Shown: piece after piece, positions 1-9,138 of the stretch
How positions within the stretch are numbered: the first letter of the stretch is position 1
How the letters are laid out: each line of letters starts with the position of its first letter
NCBI GenBank assembly: GCA_963794535.1
Contig: CAWCEI010000007.1
Span: 27,182 to 91,181 of the forward strand
DNA from: an uncultured Actinomycetota bacterium
Lineage (GTDB): Bacteria > Actinomycetota > Actinomycetes > Actinomycetales > CAVURS01
Length of the DNA stretch: 64,000 nucleotides
Direction of reading: 5' to 3'
Made by a program: the position numbers and the translations under genes
Notes under the pieces: model-generated
Databases searched by the model: none
Seen by the model: the letters and a program-made list of their open reading frames with translations, nothing else
Told to the model about the DNA's origin: nothing

Positions 1-17
1 CGCGACGTGGCGCGCGG

Positions 18-1196
18 GTGAGCCGTCCGACCATCGCGGCGGAGGCGTCGGCCGGCTTCACGGCGGCGTACGGTGTTGCTCCCTCGGGGGTCTGGTCAGC
101 GCCCGGGCGGGTCAACCTCATGGGCGAGCACACGGACTACAACGCGGGTCTGTGCCTGCCGATTGCGTTGCCGCACAGGACTTTTGCCGCAATGAGCCTC
201 CGGGCCGACCGGCGACTGCGGATCCGTTCGGCCCAGGACCCGTCAGTGTGGGAGGGGTCTATCGACGACGTCGCACCGGGTCACCCGAGCGGCTGGACGG
301 CGTACATCGCCGGGGTGCCCTGGGCGATGGCCGACCTCGCCGAGAGCCCGCTGCCCGGGTTCGACGTGTGGCTGGACGGGCGGGTGCCGCTGGGAGCGGG
401 GCTCTCCTCGTCAGCGGCGCTCGAGTGCGCCGTGGCCATCGCGCTGGACGAGCTGGCCGGGCTCGGGCTGGGCGGCACCGACGACGGACGGGCCCGGCTG
501 GCCCACGCGTGCGACCGGGCGGAGAACGACATCGCCCTCGCGCCGACCGGTGGGATGGACCAGGCCGCGTCACTGCGCTGCACAGCCGGGCACGCGCTGC
601 TGCTCGACTGCCGCGACGGGTCGGTCGAACAGGTGCCGCTCGACCTCGGGGCCGACGACCTGGCCTGGCTCGTCATCGACACCCGGGCCCGGCATGCGTT
701 GGTGGACGGCCAGTACGGCGAGCGCCGCGAGACCTGCGAGGCCGCAGCCGCGACGCTCGGGGTGAGCAGCCTGCGCGAGGTCGACCCGGTCGACCTCGAC
801 GCGGCCTTGGACCGGCTGCCGGACGACGTGTCGCGGCGCCGGGTCCGACACGTCGTGACCGAGATCGAGCGGGTGCGCGAGATGGTCGCGCTCCTGCGCT
901 CCGGGCGAGCGGCCGACCTGGGTCCGGTGCTCGACGCATCGCACACCTCGATGCGCGACGACTACGAGATCTCCTGCCTCGAGCTGGACCTGGCCGTCGA
1001 GACGGCCCGCGCGGCCGGGGCTGTCGGCGCGCGGATGACCGGGGGCGGGTTCGGCGGGTCGGCGCTCGCGCTGGTGCCGGCCGACCGGTCGGCCGCCATC
1101 GGCGCGGCGGTGGAGGCGGCGTTCGCGGCGGAGGGCCTGACGGCGCCCGGGATCATCCCGGCGTACGCCGCCGCCGGCGCCGCCCGCGACCGCTAG
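18..1196 (+). CDS. galK: Galactokinase
   Basis: Intact 392-aa ORF. It carries the galactokinase signature GRVNLMGEHTDYNAG, the GHMP-kinase motif PLGAGLSSSAAL and a C-terminal MTGGGFGGS. Confidence 0.9.
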   Translation: MSRPTIAAEASAGFTAAYGVAPSGVWSAPGRVNLMGEHTDYNAGLCLPIALPHRTFAAMSLRADRRLRIRSAQDPSVWEGSIDDVAPGHPSGWTAYIAGVPWAMADLAESPLPGFDVWLDGRVPLGAGLSSSAALECAVAIALDELAGLGLGGTDDGRARLAHACDRAENDIALAPTGGMDQAASLRCTAGHALLLDCRDGSVEQVPLDLGADDLAWLVIDTRARHALVDGQYGERRETCEAAAATLGVSSLREVDPVDLDAALDRLPDDVSRRRVRHVVTEIERVREMVALLRSGRAADLGPVLDASHTSMRDDYEISCLELDLAVETARAAGAVGARMTGGGFGGSALALVPADRSAAIGAAVEAAFAAEGLTAPGIIPAYAAAGAARDR

Positions 1197-1349
1197 CCGC
1201 AAGGGTCCTGCGTCGCCAGCTGGGGAGTAGGACGGAATCAGTAAGGGATTGCCAGCAAATCGGCAAGACAGTGACGGAACGGCATATCGGCGGGTACGGT
1301 GTCGCGGCACGGCCGCAGGGGCCGGCAGATTCCGCAGGGGGTTCCCCGA

Positions 1350-3062
1350 ATGCGTCCGTTCCGCGCCGTTCTCGTCGCAGTCTCCGCCGCCGCCGTGCTC
1401 ACGACCGGCCTGCTCGCCCCCTTGACGTCCGCGTCGGCGGGCGCCCAGATGGTCTCGTTCGGCGGGGGAACCGGCAACTTCGGTGACGTCACGGTCGGGA
1501 AGTACGTCGAGCAGACGATCACCCTGACGAGTGACACCGACGGCACAACATTCACCGGCTCGCCGATCATCGACGGCCCGAGTCCGGACGAGTTCGTCAT
1601 CCAGAGTGAGGACTGCACCGGCGCCACGCTGGACAACGGGCAGAGCTGCGACGTGACCATCGCCGCCAGGCCACAGTTCGAGGGGGAGCGCGACGCGACA
1701 CTGAGCGTCACCACCGTCCCGGGCGGCGTCCAGACCAAGCAGATCACGGTCAACGGCCTCTGGACGAACACCGGCGCCTTCTATCCGGTCGTGACCAGCC
1801 GGATCCTCGACACCCGCACCGGCAACGGCGTCTCCGCCCCCGGCCAGGTGCACCAGGGGGCCACGCTCGACGTGCAGGTGGCCGGGCGCGGCGGCGTACC
1901 GCTGACTGGCGCCTCGGCCGTCGTGCTCAACCTGACTGTCACCGGCCCGACCGCCGGCGGCTACGTCACCGCCTATCCGACCAGCGGTACCAAGCCGCTC
2001 GTCTCCACGATCAACTTCGCTCGCGGCTGGACCGGGGCCAACTCGGTCACCGTCCCGCTGGGCACCGGCGGCAAGGTCTCGCTGTTCAACTGCTGCGGCA
2101 ACGTCAGCCTGATCGCGGATGTCGTCGGCTGGTATGCCGCCACCGACGCCAAGGCCGGCGGTGTGTTCGGCAAGACCTACCAGACCGTCCGCCCGGAGCG
2201 GCTCTACGACAGCCGGGCCCCCGGTGAGCGCGCGCTCGGCGCGCACTCGTGGATCGAGTTCGACATGGGCTACGGCCCGACGTAGGACTCGACGATGACC
2301 GCGTTCGTCAGCACCGTGACCGCGCTCAATGCCGGCAGCACGGGCTACCTCACGGCGTACCGGCCCGGCACTGACCCGACCAAGACCTCGACGCTGAACT
2401 TCCGTCCTGGCGTCATCACGCCGAACCTGGCAATCACCCGGACCGCGCCGTGCCACCAGTCGTGGTGCACGGCCGACGGTGACCCGGTCGTCCGCTTCTA
2501 CAACGGCTCCTCAAGGCCGGTGGACATCCTGATCGACGCGGTCGGGTTCTACTCCGACACCCACCTCGAGGGCGGCCTGCGTTACCGGCCGCTGACGCCG
2601 ACCCGGATCATCGACACTCGAAAGGCGTTGGGCACCAACAAGTTCGGCCCGGCGAGCACGCACGTGGTGTTCGCGCCGACTAGCGTGGCGGGCGACGACA
2701 CCTACGCCCTGTCGGCCAACGTCACGGCGATCAAGCCGACCGTGCGGACGTTCGAGACCCTGTGGCCCAAGTTCACCAACTTCCCTCGCCCGACGGTCAG
2801 CCAGCTGAACCCGGCCGCGGGTGCCACCGTGGCCCAGGCGACGATGACCGAGGTCGGACCCGGCAACCTGTTCGACATCTACAACGCCAGCGGGTCCGTG
2901 GACCTGGCGATGGACGTGTCGGGCAGTTTCGAGCTCTTCCCGCCGAGCGTGTCGACCCCGGCGTTCGCCAAGGGCCCGGCCCTGCGGGTGAGCGCGGTCC
3001 ATCGAGGGGCGCCGACGGTCGGAGCGCACGCGAGTGCCCTGACCGCCCACCGCCAGCCGTAG
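1350..3062 (+). pseudogene. Secreted repeat-domain protein interrupted by a single in-frame TAG (2283-2285)
   Basis: ORFs 1299-2285 and 2295-3062 share one frame and are separated only by TAG. A signal peptide (MRPFRAVLVAVSAAAVLTTGLLAPLTSASA) starts at ATG 1350. The same module occurs three times (..LNLTVTGPTAGGYVTAYPTSG..STINF / ..VTALNAGSTGYLTAYRPGT..STLNF / ..ANVTAIKPTVRTFETLWP..SQLNP), and the stop lies inside copy 2. Confidence 0.7.
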
Positions 3063-3120
3063 CAGGTAGGGCCTCGAACGCAGGGGCTCATCCTGCGGAC
3101 GGGACCTTTGGCCCATCCAG

Positions 3121-4185
3121 TTGCGCGGCCAGCCGGTCGAAGTCCACTCCATGGTCACCAACCGAAGGCCGGAGATGGGGGGCGCTGGTGCCCGCCAGGC
3201 CTCCTGGCTCTTCATCGTGGCCGGACTCATCGGGATGGTCACGGACGCCCTTCCTGGGACGCTGAGCCAGGCCAAGCTGCTCGCCATCGGTCTGGACGCA
3301 GCCGTGGTGACCGTCGGCATCGGGGCTCGCTACCTGCCCTGGGCACGCTGGCACCCTCGCGCCGTCCTGGTGCTGCCGACCGCGGCCCTCGCGGACCTGT
3401 CCATCAACATCGGCCAGGGACTCCTGCCGATCTCGACGTACGGGATCTGGCTGGTGCTCGTGTTCGTCTGGATCGGTCAATGGCAGCCGCCGCTGACGCC
3501 GATCGCGATGGGACCGGTCGCCGCGGGCGCCTACGGTGCCCCGTTCCTCTTCGGTACGCCGGTCGAGACGGCCGCCCTGGGCGCCATCGTGCTCTCGGTG
3601 CTGGTCGCCGTGCTGGTCGGCGAGACGATCGCCCGCAAGGAGCGAGACACCCAGGCCGCGCAGGTCGGGCAGCGCGAGGCGCTCACCCTGCTCGCAGCAG
3701 CGAGCCTCACCGACGACCTGACCGGGCTGGGTAACCGCCGTCGCGCGAACTCCCTGCTCGACTCGCTGCAGGAGGGGGATGCCCTGGCGATCCTCGATCT
3801 GGACCACTTCAAGAAGGTCAACGACACCTTCGGGCACCTCAGGGGCGACCAGGTCCTGCAGGACCTCGGGTCATACCTGAAGGGCGCGGTACGCGGTGGC
3901 GACGACGTAGCCCGGTTCGGCGGCGAGGAGTTCGTCGTCGTGCTCCGAGCAGCCGGATCGTCAGCGCCCGAGACCATCCAGCGGTTGCTGGCCGGCTGGC
4001 GGGCCACCGACCCGCTCACCGCACTGAGCGCCGGGCTCAGTCTCCATCGTCCAGGTCGCTCGTACGACGTCACTTTCGCCGAAGCCGATGCCGCCCTGTA
4101 CGACGCCAAGCACGAGGGCCGCGACCGGCTCGTCGTCCACCGGCCCACCGCCCGCGCGGCAGCAACCGCGGCCCTGCTCCCATGA
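3121..4185 (+). CDS. Membrane-anchored diguanylate cyclase (GGDEF domain, GGEEF active site)
   Basis: 354-aa ORF with hydrophobic N-terminal segments followed by DDLTGLGNRR, LDLDHFKKVNDTFGH and RFGGEEFVVVL. An RxxD I-site (RGGD) sits 5 residues upstream of GGEEF. The exact start codon is uncertain. Confidence 0.85.
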   Translation: MRGQPVEVHSMVTNRRPEMGGAGARQASWLFIVAGLIGMVTDALPGTLSQAKLLAIGLDAAVVTVGIGARYLPWARWHPRAVLVLPTAALADLSINIGQGLLPISTYGIWLVLVFVWIGQWQPPLTPIAMGPVAAGAYGAPFLFGTPVETAALGAIVLSVLVAVLVGETIARKERDTQAAQVGQREALTLLAAASLTDDLTGLGNRRRANSLLDSLQEGDALAILDLDHFKKVNDTFGHLRGDQVLQDLGSYLKGAVRGGDDVARFGGEEFVVVLRAAGSSAPETIQRLLAGWRATDPLTALSAGLSLHRPGRSYDVTFAEADAALYDAKHEGRDRLVVHRPTARAAATAALLP

Positions 4186-5234
4186 CGCCTCGACTGCCTG
4201 ACGTGGGTCTGTCCGAGGGAAGGGCGCTGCGCGCACTTCTCAGCCTGGCCGCGATCAACGGCGTGATCTGCATCGTCGCGCCCGGTTGGGTGGTCCTGCG
4301 CCCTGGCGGTGCCCAGGCGCTGGTCGGCAACGCCATCTATGTCGCCGCGATAGCCGTCCTCGCCCTCACCCCCCTTCACCTGGTGTTCCTCTGGTTCGTC
4401 GTCGGCGGACGGCTTCGGGAGATGCGCGCGAACAAGCTTGCCCTGCAACGAATCCGTGAAGTCCTAGGCACCGAGACCATCGACACCGCGTTCCAGCCGA
4501 TCTTCGACCTGGCCAGCCGCCGCGTCATCGGAGTCGAGGCGCTCGCCCGGTTCACCACGGAGCCGACCACCACCCCGGACACCTGGTTCGCCGACGCCGA
4601 CCGGCTGGGGTGCGGACTCGACCTCGAGCTGTTGGCCATCCGCACCGCCCTGGCCAACGTTGCCCACCTGCCCGCAGACCTGTACGTCGCGCTGAACGTC
4701 TCGCCCGCCACCTTGACCCATCCGCGACTCCTCGCCACCCTGCTCGCGAGCCCGGTCGCCACGGAGCGGCTGGTCCTCGAGGTCACCGAGCACACATCCA
4801 TCCCGGACTACGCCCCGCTCCAGGAAGCCCGGGCCAACCTGCGACACCACGGGATCCTGCTCGCCGTCGACGATGCCGGCTCGGGCTACGCCTCGCTGCG
4901 CCACATCGTCGCCCTGGCGCCCGACCTCATCAAGCTGGACCGTGCGCTCGTCACCGGGATCGACCACGACGAAGCTCGCCGAGCCCTGGTCGCGGCGGTC
5001 GTGATGTACGCCCTCCAGGCCGGCACCGTCCTCGTCGCCGAAGGGGTGGAGACCGCGGCCGAGCTCAGGGCGATCGAAGCCCTGGGGGTCGACGCCGCCC
5101 AGGGGTACCACCTCGGACGCCCGTCCACCTGCCGATTGGACTGGGCCCGCTGGCAGCATCCGGCCAGCTCGCTCACGGCCAGCAGTGTCGGGGTCCTGCG
5201 ACCGCGCTCAGCGGTCCACCACGAGGCGTCCTGA
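4182..5234 (+). CDS. EAL-domain c-di-GMP phosphodiesterase with N-terminal TM segments
   Basis: 350-aa ORF whose ATG overlaps the upstream stop (ATGA at 4182-4185). EAL-domain motifs present: FQPIFDL, VIGVEALARF, LNVSP, LEVTEH, LAVDDAGSGYASL, IKLDRALV, EGVET, QGYHLGRP. Confidence 0.85.
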   Translation: MTPRLPDVGLSEGRALRALLSLAAINGVICIVAPGWVVLRPGGAQALVGNAIYVAAIAVLALTPLHLVFLWFVVGGRLREMRANKLALQRIREVLGTETIDTAFQPIFDLASRRVIGVEALARFTTEPTTTPDTWFADADRLGCGLDLELLAIRTALANVAHLPADLYVALNVSPATLTHPRLLATLLASPVATERLVLEVTEHTSIPDYAPLQEARANLRHHGILLAVDDAGSGYASLRHIVALAPDLIKLDRALVTGIDHDEARRALVAAVVMYALQAGTVLVAEGVETAAELRAIEALGVDAAQGYHLGRPSTCRLDWARWQHPASSLTASSVGVLRPRSAVHHEAS

Positions 5235-5252
5235 CGACCCGCCCCCCGACGG

Positions 5253-5292
5253 GTCAGCACCACGCAAGCCCCGAGGCTTGCGTGGTGCTGAC
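5253..5292. terminator. Perfect 18-bp stem / 4-nt loop hairpin between convergent genes
   Basis: GTCAGCACCACGCAAGCC-CCGA-GGCTTGCGTGGTGCTGAC. It lies between the EAL stop (5234) and the stop of the convergent SHOCT gene (5305). There is no U-tract, which fits GC-rich actinobacterial terminators. Confidence 0.6.
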
Positions 5293-5304
5293 GCGAGACC
5301 TGGG

Positions 5305-5565
5305 CTAGCGGCGGGTGCGCAGGACCTCGAGCCGTGCGCGGTACTCCTCCTCGGTGACCTCTCCCCGCGCGAACCGTTCGGCCAGAACCGCCTCGGCCGA
5401 GCCGCTCGGCGACCAGCCACCGTGCGGGCCCCAGCCGCGACGGCGCCAGGCCCAGGGCCGGATCACGAACAGCAGGAAGATCCAGAAACCGAAGAACAGC
5501 AACGGGATCAGCGGGAACCAGCCGAAGCCGGCATGACCGGGATAACAGACTGTGTCAGTAACCAT
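5305..5565 (-). CDS. Small membrane protein with C-terminal SHOCT domain
   Basis: 86-aa ORF with a hydrophobic stretch (FGWFPLIPLLFFGFWIFLLFVI) followed by AEAVLAERFARGEVTEEEYRARLEVL, which is SHOCT-like. Confidence 0.65.
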   Translation of the reverse strand: MVTDTVCYPGHAGFGWFPLIPLLFFGFWIFLLFVIRPWAWRRRGWGPHGGWSPSGSAEAVLAERFARGEVTEEEYRARLEVLRTRR

Positions 5566-5644
5566 GCGACCAGCCTGCGAGCCGGCCGCCTACTCCGTCG
5601 TCGGGCGCCAGGAGGCAGCTGCGGTACGCCGCGCGTCGTACGGC

Positions 5645-6313
5645 TCAGTCCAGCCAGCCCGGCCGGACCAGACCGGACTCGTAGGCCAGGACGACCAGCT
5701 GGGCCCGGTCGCGCACCCCGAGCTTGACCATCGACCGGCTCACATGGGTCTTCGCCGTCGCGGGACTGACGACGAGACGCCGGGCGATCTCCTCGTTGCT
5801 CAGGCCCTCGCCGACGAGGGTCACGATCTCCCGCTCGCGCTCGGTGAGCCGGGCGAGGTCGGGGCGTTCGTGCGGCAACGGCTTGGCCCCGACGGCGATG
5901 TGCTCGATCAGGCGACGGGTGACCGAGGGCGAGAGCAGCGCGTCGCCCGCCGCCACGGCCCGGACCGCCTTGACCAGGTCGGCCGGCTCGGTGTCCTTGA
6001 CCAGGAAGCCGCTCGCCCCGACCCGGATCGCCTCGAAGACATACTCATCCAGCTCGAAGGTCGTCAGGACCAGCACCCGCGTCCCCTGCAGGTCGGGGTC
6101 CTGCCCGATCCGCCGGGTCGCCTCCAGCCCGTCGACGCCAGGCATCCGGATGTCCATGAGGACCACGTCGGGCCGCGTCTCCCGGACGACGGCCAGCACG
6201 CTGTCACCGTCGACCGCCTCACCGACGACCTGCATCCCCGGCTCTGCGTCGAGCAGTGCCCGGAAGCCGGCCCGCACCAACGCCTGGTCGTCCGCTACGA
6301 CCACCGTGATCAC
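5645..6313 (-). CDS. Two-component response regulator, NarL/LuxR family
   Basis: 222 aa. Receiver domain (VVVADDQALVRAGF..PDVVLMDIRMPGVDG) plus LuxR HTH (LTEREREIVTLVGEGLSNEEIARRLVVSPATAKTHVSRSMVKLG). Confidence 0.9.
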   Translation of the reverse strand: MITVVVADDQALVRAGFRALLDAEPGMQVVGEAVDGDSVLAVVRETRPDVVLMDIRMPGVDGLEATRRIGQDPDLQGTRVLVLTTFELDEYVFEAIRVGASGFLVKDTEPADLVKAVRAVAAGDALLSPSVTRRLIEHIAVGAKPLPHERPDLARLTEREREIVTLVGEGLSNEEIARRLVVSPATAKTHVSRSMVKLGVRDRAQLVVLAYESGLVRPGWLD

Positions 6314-7521
6314 GACTGCCTCGATCCATTGTCGAGTGGAAAGTGTACGGCGACGCGGAACCCGCCATCGGCCGAGTTCCCCGCCTGTACGACGCCCCGC
6401 AGCGCGGCCGCCCGCTCGCGCATCCCGAGCAGCCCCCTGCCTTCGACGAGGCCTTCGGAGCCATGCCCGTCATCGACGACCTCGACCTCCAGCGCCGCAG
6501 GGCTCCGGCGTACCGTGACGGTCGCGCTGGTGGCCGCCGCATGACGGGTCACGTTGGTGAGGGCCTCCTGCACGACGCGGTACGCCGCTGCATCCACCGC
6601 ACGCGGCAGTTCGGCAGAACCGTTGTCCAGCAACGGGTCCGGGGTCAACACAACCTGCAGGCCGCCGAGACGGGCCGCCCGCACGAGCTCCGGCACCCGA
6701 GCCAGCCCGGGGGTCGTGGCCGTTGCCGGCGCGGCGACACCGTTCGTGACGTCGGCGTCCTGGCGCAGGACGGCCAGAGTCGCCCGCACCTCTTCGAGCG
6801 CCTCACGGCTCGCAGCCCGGATCGCCGTCAGGGCCGGCCGGGCCTGCTCCGGGTGTTCGTCGAGCAGGTGCAGTGCGACGCCCGCCTGCACGGCGATCAT
6901 CGACAGGCTGTGCCCCACGGTGTCGTGCAGGTCACGGGCCAGGGCCAGCCGCTCGACGCTGGCCGCCACCTCCGTCTCGGCCCGTCGAGCCCGCCGCGCG
7001 GCCGCGAACTGCTCGGCTCGGTAGCGCGGGCCCTCACCCACCAGCAGGACCACGACCAGCCACGCGGCGAAGCCGACGAGCCGAGCCGTCGAGAGCGGAT
7101 GCCCGGTGAGCGCGCCCAGGGCAACCAGGACGCCGTAACCTCCGGCGCCGATCAGCCACGCGGCGAGCCGGCGCCCGCGAGCCACCGCGACCAGCAGCGA
7201 GAGCCCGGCCGACGCCACGACCGGCCCGGACGGATAGCCGACCCCGAGGTAGGTCGCGGCTGCCCCGACCGCGACGACACAGACCGCCTCAGCCGATCGC
7301 CGCAGGAACAGCCAGGCCAGCGGCCCGAGCACCAGCAGCAGGTAGCCGAGCGCGTCCAGCGAGCGCGCCTCCGGTTGCCGGTGGCCGGCGGCGGTCGAGC
7401 CGAGGACCTGGACGGCGAGCAGGACGACCGCGACGAACGTCCAGGGCGGCCCGTAGCCCCGGCGGCCACGCCAGGACCCAGGCCCACCCCAGCCACCGGG
7501 CCCGTCCGCTCGTGCGCTCAC
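6310..7521 (-). CDS. Sensor histidine kinase (HisKA_3 type)
   Basis: 403 aa with several N-terminal TM segments, an H-box (ARDLHDTVGHSLSMIAVQAG) and HATPase motifs (EALTNVTRHA, GRGLLGMRERA). Its stop overlaps the regulator start by 4 nt. Confidence 0.85.
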   Translation of the reverse strand: MSARADGPGGWGGPGSWRGRRGYGPPWTFVAVVLLAVQVLGSTAAGHRQPEARSLDALGYLLLVLGPLAWLFLRRSAEAVCVVAVGAAATYLGVGYPSGPVVASAGLSLLVAVARGRRLAAWLIGAGGYGVLVALGALTGHPLSTARLVGFAAWLVVVLLVGEGPRYRAEQFAAARRARRAETEVAASVERLALARDLHDTVGHSLSMIAVQAGVALHLLDEHPEQARPALTAIRAASREALEEVRATLAVLRQDADVTNGVAAPATATTPGLARVPELVRAARLGGLQVVLTPDPLLDNGSAELPRAVDAAAYRVVQEALTNVTRHAAATSATVTVRRSPAALEVEVVDDGHGSEGLVEGRGLLGMRERAAALRGVVQAGNSADGGFRVAVHFPLDNGSRQS

Positions 7522-7619
7522 CGCTCGAACATAACCGGCCCGGCCCGGGCCGGCGTCCAGCCTCGGAGGTGCTCGGCCCTACGCCGGCGGGAGTAGAGCC
7601 GACCGGCAGACTGGACCCG

Positions 7620-9110
7620 ATGCCGACCACCGGGACGACGAGCACGCGGACGCCGACGCCCCGGTGGCGCGCTCTCGGTGTCTGCGTCGCTGCGTTGTTC
7701 GTGACCCTGATGGACGTGACCGTCACCAATGTCGCGCTCCCGGCCATCGGCACGGCGACATCGGCCAGCCCGGCCGAGCTGCAGTGGGTGATCTCCGGCT
7801 ATGCCCTCGCGTTCGGGGTCGTGCCGATCATCGCCGGGCGGCTCGGCGACGACCACGGGCGACGGCCGATGTTCCTGATCGGGGTTGCCGGGTTCGTCAT
7901 CACGAGCGCGCTCGCCGGGCTATCGCCGGGACCGGCTCCGCTGATCGCGGCTCGCGTCCTGCAGGGCCTGGCCGGAGGGTTGATCAACCCACAGGTCTCC
8001 GGCCTCGTGCAGCAGATGTTCACCGGCGCCGACCGCGGCCGCGCGTTCGGCGCCATCGGGACGGCGGTCGGCGTCGCCACGGCGGTCGGCCCGCTCGTCG
8101 GCGGTGCGCTGATCGGGCTCGGCGGTCCACACCTGGGCTGGCGGCTGGTGTTCTTCGTCAACGTGCCGCTCGGCATCGTCATCCTCGTCCTGGCTCGCCG
8201 GTGGCTGCCGCCACCGGTCCGGGACGGCCGCCGTCACCGCCTCGACCTCCCGGGAGCGGTGCTGCTGGGCTTCGCGACGCTGTGTGTCCTGGTGGCGGCG
8301 GTCGAGTACGACGCGGTCCGCGACGCCCGGCTGGCCTGGCTGCTGGTTCCGGCGGCCGTCGTGCTGACCGGCTTCACCCGCCGCGAGCTGCGGCTCACCC
8401 GGGCCCGGCAGGATCCGCTGGTCGACTTGCGGCTGTTCACCCGGCCGTCGTACTCGGTCGGCGTCGGCCTGGCCCTGCTCTACTTCGGCGGCGCAACCGG
8501 CCTGCCGCTGGTGCTCGCCCTCTACTACCAACGCGGCCTGGGCTACACCGCGCTGGAGTCCGGCCTCGGCATCACGGCGTACGCCCTCGGCTCGGTCATC
8601 GCGGCGCCACTGGCCGGCCGCGCCGTCACCCGGCTCGGCCGACCCCTCGTCGTGGCCGGGCTGGTCGCCTACGGCCTGGGGGCGGTGGGGATCGACCTGG
8701 TCGCCCGCCACGGGCCCGGCACGCATGCGGCCCTCTGGCTGGCCCCGGCGCTGCTGTTGACCGGCCTGGGCGCGGGCGCCGTGATCACGCCGAACCAGAC
8801 CCTGTCGTTGATGGACGTGGACGCCCGGATGGGCAGTACGGCGGGCGGCGTGCTGCAGACCTCGCAGCGGATCGGCTCCGCCGTCGGGCAGGCCGTCATC
8901 GGGGCGGCGTTCTTCGCGGCCCTGCCGGCCGGGCTGGCCGGTGCTTCGGACGGCTCGCCCGGGCGGGAGTCGGCCTACGCCCACGCGCTGTCCCGCGCGG
9001 TCCTGGTCACCGTGCTGTTCCTCGGCGCGGCCCTGGTGCTCGGGCTGCTGGACCTGCACGGCAGCCGGCGCCGAGCGGGCCGGGAGGCGGAGCTGCCTCC
9101 CGGCCCGTAG
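7620..9110 (+). CDS. MFS transporter, DHA2 (EmrB/QacA-like) drug:H+ antiporter family
   Basis: ORF 7512-9110; my preferred start is ATG 7620 (MPTTGTT..). Contains LFVTLMDVTVTNVALPAI and GRLGDDHGRRPMF motifs and about 14 hydrophobic helices. It is divergent from the kinase gene. Confidence 0.8.
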   Translation: MPTTGTTSTRTPTPRWRALGVCVAALFVTLMDVTVTNVALPAIGTATSASPAELQWVISGYALAFGVVPIIAGRLGDDHGRRPMFLIGVAGFVITSALAGLSPGPAPLIAARVLQGLAGGLINPQVSGLVQQMFTGADRGRAFGAIGTAVGVATAVGPLVGGALIGLGGPHLGWRLVFFVNVPLGIVILVLARRWLPPPVRDGRRHRLDLPGAVLLGFATLCVLVAAVEYDAVRDARLAWLLVPAAVVLTGFTRRELRLTRARQDPLVDLRLFTRPSYSVGVGLALLYFGGATGLPLVLALYYQRGLGYTALESGLGITAYALGSVIAAPLAGRAVTRLGRPLVVAGLVAYGLGAVGIDLVARHGPGTHAALWLAPALLLTGLGAGAVITPNQTLSLMDVDARMGSTAGGVLQTSQRIGSAVGQAVIGAAFFAALPAGLAGASDGSPGRESAYAHALSRAVLVTVLFLGAALVLGLLDLHGSRRRAGREAELPPGP

Positions 9111-9138
9111 CCTGACCAGCTGAGCGGCCGTCCTGGCC

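Noticed and set aside
2283-2285. Programmed read-through or pyrrolysine decoding of the in-frame TAG.
   Set aside because: There is no supporting context: no downstream stimulatory structure that I could see, and Pyl machinery is not expected in this lineage. A point mutation or a base-call error is simpler.
570-2456. Long ORFs antisense or off-frame to well-supported genes. This 628-aa one is typical; others include 152-1486, 6343-7596, 27727-29700, 49247-50962, 58109-60073 and 62514-63725.
   Set aside because: Their translations are monotonous Arg/Gly/Pro/Ala strings without recognisable motifs, as expected for non-coding frames of very GC-rich coding DNA. In each case the overlapping frame carries clear family signatures.
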